Below, piece by piece: positions 1-13,371 of a stretch of 64,000 nt of DNA; within the stretch, counting starts at the first letter, position 1; each line of letters starts with the position of its first letter. A program made the translations under genes and the position numbers. The notes under the pieces are model-generated. The model searched no databases. It was not told where the DNA came from and worked only from the letters and a program-made list of their open reading frames with translations. Source of the DNA: Botryllus schlosseri (lineage: Eukaryota); assembly GCA_051294905.1 (NCBI GenBank), contig CM119373.1, positions 19,344,001-19,408,000 of the forward strand, read 5' to 3'.

Positions 1-1614
1 GTGAAATCAGTCTAAAACGACTATTGTACTAATTTGAAATATATAAATCATAATCCTGTCAGTGTACTGCCGCCTCTCACAATTTGCTCTTGAAATTGTA
101 AATCGGCGGAGTTCTGAACAATCGCCGCTTCACGTCTCGATTGTGATGAGATTGAGCGTCTCATGGAAGCGACGGTAGTAGGTCATTGTATTGCGTAGCT
201 TCGATTGTTCGGAATACTATAGATTTCTGACTTGACAGGCGATTTCTGGAGGGTCCTTAGCCCTGACCAGATTATAATATATGTTTTTGTAATCAGTCCG
301 GTAGTAGCTTTTGTTTGAAGCGAGTTATAAAAAAATTGCGCCCTGTTCACTATCTGTAACATCACCATAAGACCACCTGTTACCCATCCATCGGTAGTTT
401 AGTTATGTATAGTATTATGAACAGTGTGTCCAAAGTACTTGTTGTTTACGTATCAACTTTCATGTTGCTGGAATTGTCTGGATATTTGGTGACTCCAGTG
501 ATCAACATACGGCATAGCTCCAGTGGATAATATTTTCTTTAGATGATCCAGTGATTTCTTTGCTATCGATTTAAATCAATCCTCCTAGTATAACAGTTAA
601 AATTTGCTTGATAAGTCGGTTGCAATACTTACAGAATGGTATGAATTCGTTTCCTATTTCAGATTGACGGCTTCTAGCATGATTTACCACGGAATCATAT
701 TTTACGTTTGTAACTTCACACCTGCAGAGATTCATCGGTCGAAAGATTGAATCTCTCAATTTGAAATTTATGCAAATGATTTTGACCCCTCAAAGCTTGC
801 CATGGTCATAGCATTTTTACTATGCTTCCTAATTTCTTACAGCTGCTTTCATGCTTGACTATTTTTTTCATTTCTGTTAATTGAACACAACCTTAATAAT
901 CGCTAAAAGATAATGAAGGCCTGGATATTGTTTTCTGAATTTTCATACCTATGCTGCTCAATCTTTTTTTGCTTCTTGCCGATATGTTGTACCGTAACAA
1001 TTTGTAGCCTTTCTACGGACAAAATTCAAAATTCCCCTTTTTTTCAACATCAACCCTATCCTGAATGAAGTCAGGAACTGGGTGCATGTTAAAATGTTGA
1101 CTAGTGTTACAGGTTACTGGCAAGGCGAAATTGGATATTCTGTGCGTCCTAGTGCATTATTTAGCGCTTCTCATAACTACATTTCTTACTCGGTACCCAC
1201 CAAGTTATCTTGATACCTTATTTGATAATCCTTAACAACTAGATCACCAGCGTTGGTAATCGGTCGCGAAGATACAACCTGCAATTTTAAAAGTGGCGCT
1301 GCCGATTAACTGCTGAAATTATGCAGCCATTGAACAAATCTACTTTTGAAACAACTCCGGTAGCCTACTTTTCGTTGAAATTTCTACTTCCATTTGTAAT
1401 TGAGTCGAAATTTTCCGCTTTGTACTTGAGGAGAAACACTTACTGCTTTGACCACCACTGTAGATAATGACCTACATCTACTGCACTGCCAATGCCTTTG
1501 TACATAACTTCACTTTTACCTCGGTTCGTTTTTACTACTCGCCTTTGTAAGTTTGCAAATGTTTGCCTGTTTCAGAGTCTCTAGTAGACAAGGGTATTAG
1601 GTGTAATTTAGACG

Positions 1615-2535
1615 ATGGGGCATGTGCGTGTCAATACGGAAGAGCATGCGATTAACATGCTCTTGGAACTACGCAAAATGCAATGACATCCTGTCGATTC
1701 TGACTGTTTGATCAAAGTAGAAAATGATGTGTATCGCACTCACAGAAGTCTTATGTCTGCCGGATCGGCGCACATCCGAGACATGTTGGCAAGCAAAAGT
1801 CACACACTCTGGCAGCTTCCTTTTTAAAAACAGGTACAGTGTGTGAAGAGCTGTATTGATCTCATTTATTCGGGCGAATTGGAAATCCCTGACGGAAAGA
1901 TTGTGAACGTTCTGAAGATTGGAACTGGACGGTGTAAAACGGGTCATTGAATGTGGAAAACTACTTTGTGCTACAGGCTGAAAGAAGTCTCGGTGAAATG
2001 TAAATGTTTTTTCAAAGAAAATCTTATGGAGATAGCGAATCGGCCCGAATTCGGAAGAATGGCAATAGCGGAAATCGTTAATCTTTTGCTGACGGAAGAG
2101 GGAAAGTTTACCGAACACGACAAGCTGATTTTACTACTTGAGTGGGCTGAGAAAAAGCCACCAGAAACTTATGTGTTACCTTGTAAACGTCGAGGGTCAT
2201 GTGCTCAAAAGTGTAGCACGGCAAAAGTTGCAAGATGTAATGAAAACTGCCGGAATAAAGCTCTTACGGAAGCCCTGATGAATCTACTGGTAAATAAAAC
2301 ACCCGACGATATTGCAATCGATCACGAAGGATTTGCTTATGTGAAAGATATCCTGAAACGCCGAAGATTCCGAAGATTTTCTTTGTCAGAAAAAGAGGTC
2401 TCTGATTTGGTGATAAATAACATTGAGCGTCGCTTTGCAATCAAGGGCGAAGTCGGCAATTTTCAGATACAAGCGACCTGTGGTCATCCTCCCGATTCAG
2501 AAACTGGTAGCGTGGACGAGAATGGATCGAATTAG
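1615..2535 (+). pseudogene. Disrupted BTB-BACK gene joined by deletion directly to a Tpt1 N-lobe segment (no intron)
   Basis: ATG at 1615 (MGHVRVNTEEHAINML...) with TGA at 1684-1686 and internal deletions. ORF 1951-2535 reads BACK sequence (HDKLILLLEWAEKKPPE) straight into Tpt1-like sequence (ALTEALMNLL...RRFAIKG...IQATCGHP), junction near 2170. Confidence 0.8.
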
Positions 2536-3139
2536 GATTGCAGGGTCACAGAAAGTGTGCCCGGTAGGCCTGAGATGGCTGACGCATGATGCCTTGAGAT
2601 TAACAACTTTCAAAAATTCGTTTTTTCAAGGACCACCCTAGTATGCGTGCATCACTTTTACGATTGAAACCGGGAAATGAGCCTTTGTGTCATGGTGTAT
2701 AAACTTATTTTTAAAAATTAGCCCTATTTGTAGTGTCATTGGTCATTTTGCATCAGTCGCGATATTGACAGTGGCCAATGCCGATAAACTGCTAAAATTA
2801 TGCAGCCATTGAACAAATCTGCTTTTGAAACGACACCATTACCTTTCCGACCTATATTTTCTGCTTCTACCTAATGTACTTTCTGATATGTGTTTCAAAT
2901 TTCTTCTTTCACTTGTAGTTAAGTAGAAGTATACCGCTATACTTGTACTTGAGTAGCAACTGTGACCGCCAATGTAGATAGATAACCTAACCTACAGATA
3001 CTGCGCATGCACAGGCTATGCCTTTGTACAGAACCTTCACTTTTACCTCTGTTTGTTTTTAATTCCCACCTTTACCAGTTTGTTAATCTTTCCCGTTTCA
3101 GAATCCCTAGTGAATAAGGTGGTAGGTGTAATTTACACG

Positions 3140-3921
3140 ATGGTCCGAGTGCGTGTCAATGCGGAAGAGCATGCTGTTAAAATGCTATCGGAACTACACC
3201 GAATGCAACAAGATCGTGTTGATTGTGACTTAATGATCAAAGTTGAAAATGATGTGTATCACACTCACAGAAACGTAATGGCCTCGGGATCAGCCTACAT
3301 TCGAGACATGTTGGCAAGCAAAAGTCACCTTCCGTCGCTTTCCTTTGGAAATGCGGACTCAGAGTGCGTCAAGAACTGTATTGATTTTTTTTATACAGGC
3401 GAATTAGAAATCCCCGACGACAAGATTTCAATCATTCTGAAGATTGTAGCTAAGCTGCAGATGGACGGGGCAATGCAGATCATAGCCGGGATTTTGGCCG
3501 AATCGTTGAATGCGGAAAACTACTTTTGGACGAGAGCAAAGGCAGATCAGTACGGGTTGAAAGAAGTATCTGTGAAATGTCAAAGCTTCTTCGAAGAAAA
3601 TCTTATCGAGATCGTAAACCGTCCCCAATTCGGAAAGATGTCACTTGTGAAAGTTGTTCGTCTTATGACGGAAGGGGGGAAGTGTACCGAACATGATAAG
3701 CTGATCGTACTACTTAAGTGGGCTGAGAAGAATCCGCTAGTAACTGATGCTTTGCTTGACCAGATTCAACAGGTCCGGTTGGACTGCGTGCCACAGGTGC
3801 TTTTGAGATATCTTCTAAAATCCCACCCGATCGTTAGTAACAATTTAGCGATTTATAAGCTAATAAGTGATTACCTTCTTGAGCTTTCGGAAAAACTCAT
3901 TGAAGAAAATGAATCCTACAG
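3140..3921 (+). CDS. BTB-BACK (KLHL-like N-terminus) coding exon 1, clade A
   Basis: ATG at 3140 (MVRVRVNAEEHA). BTB motifs CDLMIKVENDVYHTHRNVMASGS and CIDFFYTGEL, followed by BACK helices. Ends at AG|GTGAGT donor, phase 2. Confidence 0.88.
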
Positions 3922-4380
3922 GTGAGTGTGCTACATCTTTTTTTAACTGTACCAATGTATATTGCCGTGAAAAAGAATGCCAAACAATCCTTTATACTTG
4001 TAAGTTCCTTGAATGTGCCGGTATATTCTGCCCGTTCCCTCATATCACTGTTTATTTCGGGGAGAATGCTCCTGTCCACTATGTCATATATTAATATACA
4101 TACACATACATGTATATAAATTTGTAGAAAAAATAGTTTTTCATCATGCCACACAATTCTGTTTCCGGTCACTTCTTGTCCTCAATTGTCAAACATACCA
4201 TACAAGATTATTTTAGAATGTCGGTTTCTGGTATAGTAATCTTTGAGCTCTTCTGTATTTTAATCACATAGGGATATCAGTCACCGCGAAAAATGGAACT
4301 CGACACTCGATTTTGCCCACTTGTGTAATTATGAGACGTAAAAATATCAACGAATTCATCATTGTTAATTCAATAAACAG

Positions 4381-4945
4381 GAGTGGCCAAGATCAAGGGA
4401 ACTCGTCTGACGTTGGGAATACATGCAACGACAACAACGCACAATTGCATGCAGTCGTTATAAAGAAAGAACAATTAGACACTTTTGCTTTACCTGCAAT
4501 ACTGAATATTCAAACGTTGCACCAACCGTTGCATGTCACTAAAAGTAATGTACTTTCCGAGAATAACAGATGCGTAAATGTCACGACACCTGTCAAGCGT
4601 CGATGCCCATATTCTCGAAAGTGTAGCAAGGTAAAAGTTGGAAGATTAAATGCAAACTGCCCGAATAAAGCTGTTACGGAAGCCCTTACAAATCTACTGG
4701 TAAATAAAACACCCGACGATATTGCAATCGATCACGAAGGATTTGCTCATGTGGATGATATCCTGAAACACCGAAGATTCCGAAGATTTTCTCTGTCAGA
4801 AAAAGATATCTATGATTTGGTGACAAATACCATTGAGAGTCGCTTTGCAATCAAGGGCGAAGTCGGTAATTTTCAGATACAAGCGATCTGTGGTCATCCT
4901 CCCTATTCAGAAACTGGTAGAGTGGAAGAGGATGGATCGAATTAG
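4381..4945 (+). CDS. Coding exon 2: linker plus truncated Tpt1/KptA N-terminal lobe; predicted 448-aa fusion with 3140-3921
   Basis: Acceptor AATAAACAG|G at 4380/4381, phase 2, in frame with ORF 4313-4945. Homologous to the N-lobe of the 16 kb Tpt1 domain (DHEGFAHVDDIL, SRFAIKG, IQAICGHP). No HGT or IHF motifs. Confidence 0.75.
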
Positions 4946-5667
4946 GATTGCAGAGTCACGTAAAGGATGCCCGGTAGGTCGGAGATGGCCGACGTCTGAT
5001 GTCTTGAGATAAACCTCAGATATACCAGTGATGGTTGTGCAGCTGACGATGTGGCATACTGGCCTATCATATGGACATGACTGCCAGGACTATTGTGTAT
5101 CATTAAGCAATGTAATTTTCAGCAAATTACTTCTCGTCAAAAAGGTCGATTTTCCACTACTCGAATATTGTGGAAATGTATACATGAACGTTGATTATAA
5201 ATAATTACATACGGGTGGGTGCAAAGCACGTGACTGCATAAACCTTGCAATTTCTGGTCACTTGGTAATCTCATAGCTGGCGATCGAAACACAAAATTTC
5301 ACTAAATCCATTGAAATCGGTCTTAAAAGACTGTTGCACGGTATTGGAACGTAGCCTATAAATTATAATCTTGTGTCTCGTCAGTGAATTGCAGCCTCTC
5401 ACAAGCTGCTCTTATAATTGTAAATCGACCGAGTTCTCAACAATGCTGCATCGCGTCTTGATTGTGACAAGATTGAGCATCTCTAGGAGGCAACGGAAAA
5501 TAGGTCATTAAATTGTGTATTTCCGATTGTTCAGATTTAGGGAGAGTTTTATGACCTGACCAGATTATAATGTATATTCCATGTAATCAGTGCGGCAGTA
5601 GCTTTTGTTTAAGACCAGCTATAAAAATGTTTGCGCCTGGTTCACCACCATAGCGCCACCTTGTGAT

Positions 5668-5860
5668 CAATGTTCCCTCTAAGCTGCGCACGTGCGCAAA
5701 TGCGTAGTGCTTACAAGGTCTCTGCGCACAGAAAATCTTAGTTGCGCACAAAAAATCCGAAGTGATGATCTTTTTTTAGTCGTTACGCACTGTTGTTCAA
5801 GGGTCTGCGCAGTAAGTTGGTGAGTGTGCGCAGACTCTTCATAAATTAGAGGGAACATTG
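5668..5860. mobile_element. hAT-type MITE, 193 bp
   Basis: TIR CAATGTTCCCTCTAA ... TTAGAGGGAACATTG; exact 8-bp TSD CTTGTGAT (5660-5667 and 5861-5868). Confidence 0.9.
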
Positions 5861-7051
5861 CTTGTGATCATCAAATTGAATCAATTCTAGTATGATAGTT
5901 GAAATTTGCTTGATAAATCGGTTGCAATACAAACCAAGGATTCGTTTCATATTTCGGATTGGCGGCTTCTAGCATGATTTACCTCGGAATCATATTTTGC
6001 CTTTGTGACTTCAAACTTGCAGGGGTTCATGTATTGAAAGATTGAATCTCTCAATTTGAAATTTTATGCCGATGATTGTGTCTCCTCGAAGCTTGCCATG
6101 GTCATACCATTTTTACTATACTTCTAATTTCTTACAGCTGCTTTCATGCTTGACTATTTCGTTCATTTCATTTAATTGAACACAACCTAGTCCTATATGG
6201 TAATGAAGTCCCGGATTTTTTTTTCTGGATTTTCATACCTATGCTACTCAATCTTTTTTTTGCTTATTTTTGATGAGTTGCCACAATTTGTAGCCTTTCT
6301 ACATCAACCCTACCCTGAATGGAGTCAGGGACTGGACGCGTGTTAAAGTGTTGAGTACTGTTACTGGCTACTGGCAATATACTATTGGATATCCTCTGCT
6401 CCCAAGTGCATTATTTAGGTTCTCTCATGAGTACATTTCTTATTACCCACCTTCAACTTGTCTTGATTCCTTATTTGGCCTTAACGACTAGATTTACCAG
6501 CTTTGGTAATGCTCAAGTTTTATCAAGGAAAACAAAGTTTTTCGATGTGCTTGCATCTCTTTCATGATTGAAACTGAAAGTGTCATGACATCTGATAACT
6601 AAATATATTTTTGAAAATTGGTCCTATTTGTAGTGTGATTGGTCATTCTACATCAGTCGTGACGATACAATCTGCATTTTGAAAGTGGCCACTGTCGATT
6701 ACCTGCTGAAATTATGCAGCCATTGAAAAAATCTACTTTTGAAACAACTCCAGTAGCCTGCTTTTTGTACCTTGATTCTCTACTTCTACTTGCAGTACAA
6801 ATGACATGTTGAAATTGCTACTTCCAATTGTAATTGAGTAGAAGTTTTCGGCCATACTGGTACTTGAGGAGCAACACTTACTGCTTTTGCCACTACTGTA
6901 GATAATGACCTACATATACTGCGCTGCCAATGCCTTTCTACAGAACCTTCACTTTTTCTTCGCTTTGTTTTGACTGCTTGACTTTATAAGGTTGCAAATC
7001 TTTCTCAATTCAGAATCCCTAGTAAACAAAGTATTAGGTGTAATTTATACA

Positions 7052-7820
7052 ATGGTGTGCGTGCGTGGCAATGCGGAAGAGCATGCGATTAACATGTTAT
7101 CGGAACTGTGCAGAATGCAATGAGATCGTTGATTGATCGATCAAAGTCAAAAATTATGTATATTGCAGTCATTGAAGAGTAATGTCGGCGAGATCGGTAT
7201 ACATCCGAGACATGTTGGCAAAGAAACTCCGCACACCCTGGCGGCTAGATTTCGGAAAACTGGACTCAGAGTGTGTGAAAAGCTGCATCGATTTCATTTA
7301 TTCGGGCGAATTGGAAATCGCTGACAGAAAGATTGAAAACGTTCTGAAGATTGGTACTATTCTGCAGGTGGACGGGGTAAAACTACTCATAGCCGGGATT
7401 TTGGCCGAATCGTTGAATGTAACAAAACTACTTCTCGACGAGAAAGATGGCTGATTAGTATGGGCTGAAAGAAGTCTTGGTGAAATGCAAAAGAAAATCT
7501 CATGGAGATCGCGAACCGGCCTGAATTTGGCAGGACGGCAATAGCGGAAATCATTAATATTTGGCTGACAGAAGGGGAAAATTTAGCGGACACGACAAGC
7601 TGGTTGTACTTCTCAAGTGCGCCGAGAAAAACTCACCGGAAACTTATTAGTTGTCTGAACAGATACAGCGAATCAGGTTGGACTCTGTGCCACCGGTGTT
7701 TTTGAGAAATCTCCTTAAATCCCACCCTTTTGTTAGCAACGATTTTGCGACTTATAAGCTAATAAGCGATCACCTTCTTGAGATTCCGGAAAAACTCATT
7801 GAAGAAAATGAATCTTACAG
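7052..7820 (+). pseudogene. BTB-BACK exon 1 pseudogene, clade A
   Basis: ATG at 7052, TGA at codon 24 (7121-7123), several frameshifts (fragments in ORFs 7182-7454 and 7502-7705). Ends at the homologous donor AG|GTGATA. Confidence 0.85.
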
Positions 7821-7976
7821 GTGATATCTATTGCTTTGAAAAAATGCCAAGAAATTGTTTGTACTTGTAAGTTATATTCCGCATGTTTCCACATATCACC
7901 GTTTATTGCGTGGATATAGCGTTGAATGCTTCTGTGAACCATGTCATATAATGTAGTAGACCTATATATATATATA

Positions 7977-8884
7977 CCGTAATTTTCCATGTATAATGCG
8001 CAAAATTTTCACGATTTTTTGCCCTAAAATCTGGGGGTGCGTATTATACATGGGTACAACACGCTTGAAAAATATCTCCCTCAATAAAAAACTTGAAATC
8101 ACTCCTTTCTTCATGTTTGTTTCCAATCACTTTCAGCCATCGTGCCTAGTAATTCGTATTATCAGTGTTACGCGCTGCCAATCAGCGAGAAGCGTGTTAC
8201 CAATTAACGAGAAGCACAACAGGCGGTCTCCTGCTGAGTTAGTTTTCCGTTTGTACGCGAGCGAAATTAGGGCACGCAATCCTCGCTAATTCATTGCGTC
8301 AAAGACAGGCCTGAACAATCGCATATACAACAGGCCATGCGCGCAAGATATAATCGCTTGTGTAATCAGTCGCGTCTCTAAAAGACCTGGTGCGCACGAC
8401 ATAACCGTTGGCCTGGGCAATTGCATCTGTAATAGGCCTTGTGCTCATGATGTCGTGTCGCTGGCCTAAACTATCGCATCGCCGGCCTGCTGGCTTTGCT
8501 GCTATCTACTTTCGTTCAGAGACATTGCCGTTAATTGTATGATGATTAGCCATCGCATCTGTAATAGGCCTCATGCTCAAGATTTCGTGTCGCTTTCCTG
8601 AACTATCGCGTCACCAGCCTCGCAGGCTTTGGCTGCTATCTACCATCATTTAGAGACAGTGCCGTTAATTGCATAATGATTAGCGATGGTTATGTCATGA
8701 TTGTGGAACAGTGACATCGCAAAACAGAACAACATGTCGACATAGTATACTGAAACACAGCTATTCGTGTACTGCAAATGCAGGGTGCGTACTATACATG
8801 GGTACAGGCTTTTTCCCAGAATTTGCATGCCATTTTAAGGGTGCGTATTATACATGGGGGCGTACTATACTTGGAAAATTACGG
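7977..8884. mobile_element. Non-autonomous Tc1/mariner-superfamily (Tc2/pogo-like) element, 908 bp, in an intron
   Basis: 25-bp imperfect TIR starting CCGTAATTTTCCA and ending TGGAAAATTACGG. Flanked by TA runs on both sides. Subterminal GGGTGCGTATTATACATGGG repeats. Absent from the paralogous intron 3922-4380. Confidence 0.82.
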
Positions 8885-9154
8885 TATATATATATATAAA
8901 TTAATATGTGTGAAATAGAACTTCTCATCATGGCAAAAAATTCTATTTGAAGGCACTTCTTGTCCTCAATTGTCATACATACCATTCAAGAGTTATTTAG
9001 AACGCCGGTTTCCGACATCATCTTCGAACTCCTTTGCGTTTTTACCCAAATAGGGATAGCAGTTACTGCCCAAAAGAAAACTCAATTTTGCCCACTTGTA
9101 TGATTTTTAAACGTAAAAATATCAAATAATCCATCGTTGTTATTCAATAAACAG

Positions 9155-9732
9155 GAGTGGCGAAGAAACAACGTCACCGGATCAAGGGAACTCATCTGAC
9201 GTTGGGAATACATGCAATGACAACAACACACACTCACATGCAGTCGTCATAAAGGAAGAACAATTAGACACTTGCTTTACCTGCAAAACCCCATGTTCAA
9301 ACCTCGCACAATCAGCGACATGTCCCTAAAAGGAATGTACTTTCTGAGAATGACCCTCTCGTCACTGTTGTGATACCTTGTAAGCGTCTAAGGTCATATG
9401 CTCGAAAGTGTAGCACGGCAAAAGTTGCAAGATCTAATGAAAACTGCCCGAATATAGCTCTTACAGAAGCCCTTACGAATCTACTGGTTGATAAAAAACC
9501 CGACGATATTGCAATTGATCACGAAGGATTTGCTTATGTGGATGATATCCTGAAACACCGAAGATTACGAAGATTTTCTCTGTCAGAAAAAGACGTCTAT
9601 GATTTGGTGACAAATGGCATTGAGAGTCGCTTTGCAATCAAGGGCAAAGTCGGTAATTTTAAGATACAAGCGACCTGTAGTCATCCTGCCGATTCAGGAT
9701 CTGGTAGCGTGGACGAGGATCAATCGAATTAG
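9155..9732 (+). pseudogene. Tpt1 N-lobe exon 2 pseudogene
   Basis: Acceptor AATAAACAG|G at 9154/9155. A 2-nt deletion near 9272 (GACACTTGC versus GACACTTTTGC in the 4381 copy) shifts the frame; the distal part is ORF 9370-9732. Confidence 0.8.
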
Positions 9733-10901
9733 GATTGCAGAGTCACGGAAAGTGTGCCCGGTGGGCCTGAGATGGCTGATGCCTGATGTCTTGAGATTAA
9801 CCTCAGATATACCAGTGATGGTTACGCAGCTGATGATGTTACGAAAGTGGCCAACCATATGGACATGACTGTCAGGAATATTGTATAACATTAATCAGTG
9901 TCATTTTCAGGAAATTACTTCTTGTCAAAACGATCAATATCCCATTTCTCGACATTGTTGAAATGTGTGGATAATTATAGATAATTAACCTACGGATAGA
10001 TGGTAATTGAAACCCTGCATATTGATTTCTGAATTTTCATCCCATGCTACTTAAATCTTTTATTCCGATAAGATGCAACAATTTGTAGCATTTCTACGGA
10101 TAAAATTCATAACTGTATTTGAAACATCAACCCTATCCTGAATGTAGTCTAGAACTGGGTGCATGTTAAAATGTTGAGTACTGTTACTGTTTAATGGCAA
10201 GACACAATTCGGTATCCTGTGCGCCTAAGTATATTATTTAGCTTCCCTCAGAGTTCATTTCATATCACTCTCCTTCAAGTGGTCCTCATACTTATTGATA
10301 AGCCTCAAAGGAGTAGATTGACCAGCTTTGTTAATGCTCAATTTTTGTAGAGTGAAAAGCAGTTTTGGAATATGCTCGCATCACTTTTAAATATCGAAAC
10401 CGTCATAACAACTTGGAACATTGGCTCCTGTATCATGGTAACTAAATATATATGTGAAATTGAACCTGTTTTTAGTGTAATCGTTGATTTTGAATCCGTC
10501 GCTAAGAGGCACCCTGTACTTCTGATAGTGTTCACTACTTATTGGCTGCTAAACTTAGGCGGTTGTTGAACAAATCTAATTTTGAAACAACTCCAGTACT
10601 TTTCGGACGTATATTTTCTACTTCTAGGCTACTTCGAGTACCTTTGACATGTGTTTGAAATTACACTATTGCTTTCACTAGTAATTAAGTATAAGTTTAC
10701 GGCGTTACTTCCACTTCTACTTAAGTAGGAATGCTTTGACCGCCACTGTAGACATATAACCTACAGATACTGCACTGCCAACTTCTTTGTACAGAGCCTT
10801 CACTTTTACCCTAGTTTGTTTTTACTGGCCGTCTTTATAAGTTTGAAAATCTTTCCCATTCAGATTCCCTAGTAATCAAGGCGTTAGGCGTAATTTACGC
10901 G

Positions 10902-11683
10902 ATGGTGCGCGTGCGTGTCAACGCGGAAGAGCATGCTGTTCAAATGCTATCGGAACTACACAGAATGCAGCGAGATCGTGTTGGTTGTGACTTTCTGATC
11001 AAAGTCGAAAATGATGTGTATCACACTCACAGAAACGTGATGGCGTCGGGATCAGCGTTCATACGAGGCATGTTGGCAAAGAAAAGTCACTTTCCTTCGC
11101 TTTCTTTTAAAAATGGTGACTCTGAATGCATCAAGAACTGCATTGATTTTATTTATTCGGGCGAATTAGAAATCCCGGATGGTAAGATTTCAATCATTCT
11201 GGAGATCGTAGATAAGCTGCAGATGGAAGGGGTAAAGCAAATCATTGCCGGAATTTTGGCCAAATCGTTGACTGTGGAAAACTACTTCTTGACGAGTACT
11301 ATGGCAGACCATTACAGGTTGGAAGAAGTGACTGTGAAATGTCAAAGCTTTATCAAAGAAAATCTCATCGAGATCGCAAACCGTCCCCAGTTCCTAAGGA
11401 TGTCAATTGTGGAAGTCATTCGTCTTATGACGGAAGGGGGGAAATTTACCGAACACGACAAGCTGATCATACTACTCAAGTGGGCTGAGAAAAATCCGCT
11501 AGTTACATGTGCTTTGCTTAATCAGATTCAACAAATCCGGTTGGACTGCGTGCCTCCATTGTTTTTGAGAAATCTCCTTAAATCCCACCCGATTGTCAGT
11601 AAGAATTTAGCTATTTACAAGCTGATAAGCAATCACCTTCTCGAAACTCCAGAGAAAGTCACCGAAGCTATTGCATGCGGCAG
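10902..11683 (+). CDS. BTB-BACK coding exon 1, clade A
   Basis: Open frame from ATG 10902, close paralog of 3140 with the same 782-nt length to the donor AG|GTGAGT (phase 2). Confidence 0.88.
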
Positions 11684-11884
11684 GTGAGTGCAACAATCTT
11701 CTCAGAGCAATGTTCTACACCTTGAACAGAGATTGTCCAAGATTTTTTTACATCCAAGTTCTTTGAATGAGTCTGTGTATTCTGATAGTTCAAAACTTTC
11801 ACCCTTTATTATGCGAGAACAGTAATGCCGCCGTTAACTGTGTTACAAAAATAGCTGGCTCGTGGTACAGAACTTGAGTATAGC

Positions 11885-12147
11885 TTTCAATACAATATCC
11901 ATTGTATAATAATATTTATTAACTCGAAGACTTTTCGGGTGCCTCTTTTCAAGAGTTAACGGCACACTAAAGGGATTTAAACAAATTTCATGGTTTGTGA
12001 TTTTGATTGTTGCGTCATACTTTGCCTTTTTGGTTTTGCTTTTAAATCTGTTTAAATCCTTTTAGAGTGCCGTTAACTCTTGAATAGAGGCACCCGAAAA
12101 GTCTTCGAGTTGATAAATATTATTATACAGTGGATATTGTATTGAAA
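11885..12147. repeat. Long inverted repeat (arms about 105 bp, loop about 55 bp) in an intron
   Basis: TTTCAATACAATATCC...GGGATTTAAACA mirrored by TGTTTAAATCC...GGATATTGTATTGAAA with few mismatches. Confidence 0.85.
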
Positions 12148-12752
12148 AAAATGTGTTACAAAAGTTTATTAATATTAATCGAAGCTGGAAAAAAACTCAA
12201 ATTAACACCAGGTTATTTCCAACAGTCTGTTAATGGCAAGGCTTTGTAGCAGGCGAATATGATAAATTCCTCGAGCTCCAGAGCATTCTTTTATGAAAAA
12301 ATAGTTCCAGCTCAATAGCGATGCTCTGCTGTCACATCCCCAGCAGTGGCAGAGTGGGTACAATTCCTAATTTTGAGAATGGTTGTTGATGAATAATTTC
12401 AATTTTGCCGATAGTAGAAATAGCAGGAGTAGGAGTAGCATAGCATCTTATGAAACACATTAGGGCAGGATCTATTTCTTACACAACTGGCCCCAGCTTC
12501 AGTAGAATTTCATTAAGAGCCGCTGCCTTGGCTACATTCAAAATGCACTGCTCCATGTTACAGCTATGTATCAAAAGCCCTGGTTGGTGGTATAACTTCA
12601 GAGCCTTTTCTAGTTTCTACCCATTTGCGAGTCACATAAGGTCAGTAGGTACAGCGCCTTGCCAGATGAAACTAAGCATTCGATATGCCCACTTACATAT
12701 TTCTGAGACATAAAAATATCAACCAAATCCATCATTGTTTTTCAATAAACAG

Positions 12753-13371
12753 GAGTGACAAAGAGATGAAGTCACTAGATCAAGGGAACTCATCTGACGT
12801 TGGGAATACATGCAATGAAAACAAGGCACAATCGCATGCAGTCGTCATAAAGGAAGAACAATTAAACAATTTTGCTTTACCTGTAATACCGAATATCCAA
12901 ACCTTGCACCATCGGTTGCATGTCCCTAAACGGGATGTGCTTTCCGAGAATAACAGACTCGTCACTGTTGCGATACCTTTTAAGCGTCAATGGTCATATG
13001 CTCAAAAGTGTAACACGCCAAAAGTTGCAAGATTAAATGAAAACTGCCCGAACAAAGCTCTTACGGAAGCCCTGACGAATCTACTGGTAAATAAAACGCC
13101 TGATGATATTGCGATCGATCACGAAGGATTTGCTTATGTGAAAGATATCCTGAAACACCGAAGATTCCAAAGATTTTCCTTGTCAGAAAAGGATGTCTAT
13201 GATTTGGTGAAGAATGACAAAGGTAGTTGCTTTGCAATCAAGGGCGAGTTCGGTAATTTTAAGATTCAAGCGACCTGTGGTCATCCTGATTCGCAAAGCG
13301 ATAACATGAACGAGGATGGATCGGATTCGAACTCAGAGTCACAGAAAGTGTGTCCGGTAGGCCTGAGATGA
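12753..13371 (+). CDS. Coding exon 2: linker plus truncated Tpt1 N-lobe; predicted 466-aa fusion with 10902-11683
   Basis: Acceptor AATAAACAG|G at 12752/12753, phase 2, in frame with ORF 12685-13371. Paralog of exon 4381-4945. Confidence 0.75.
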
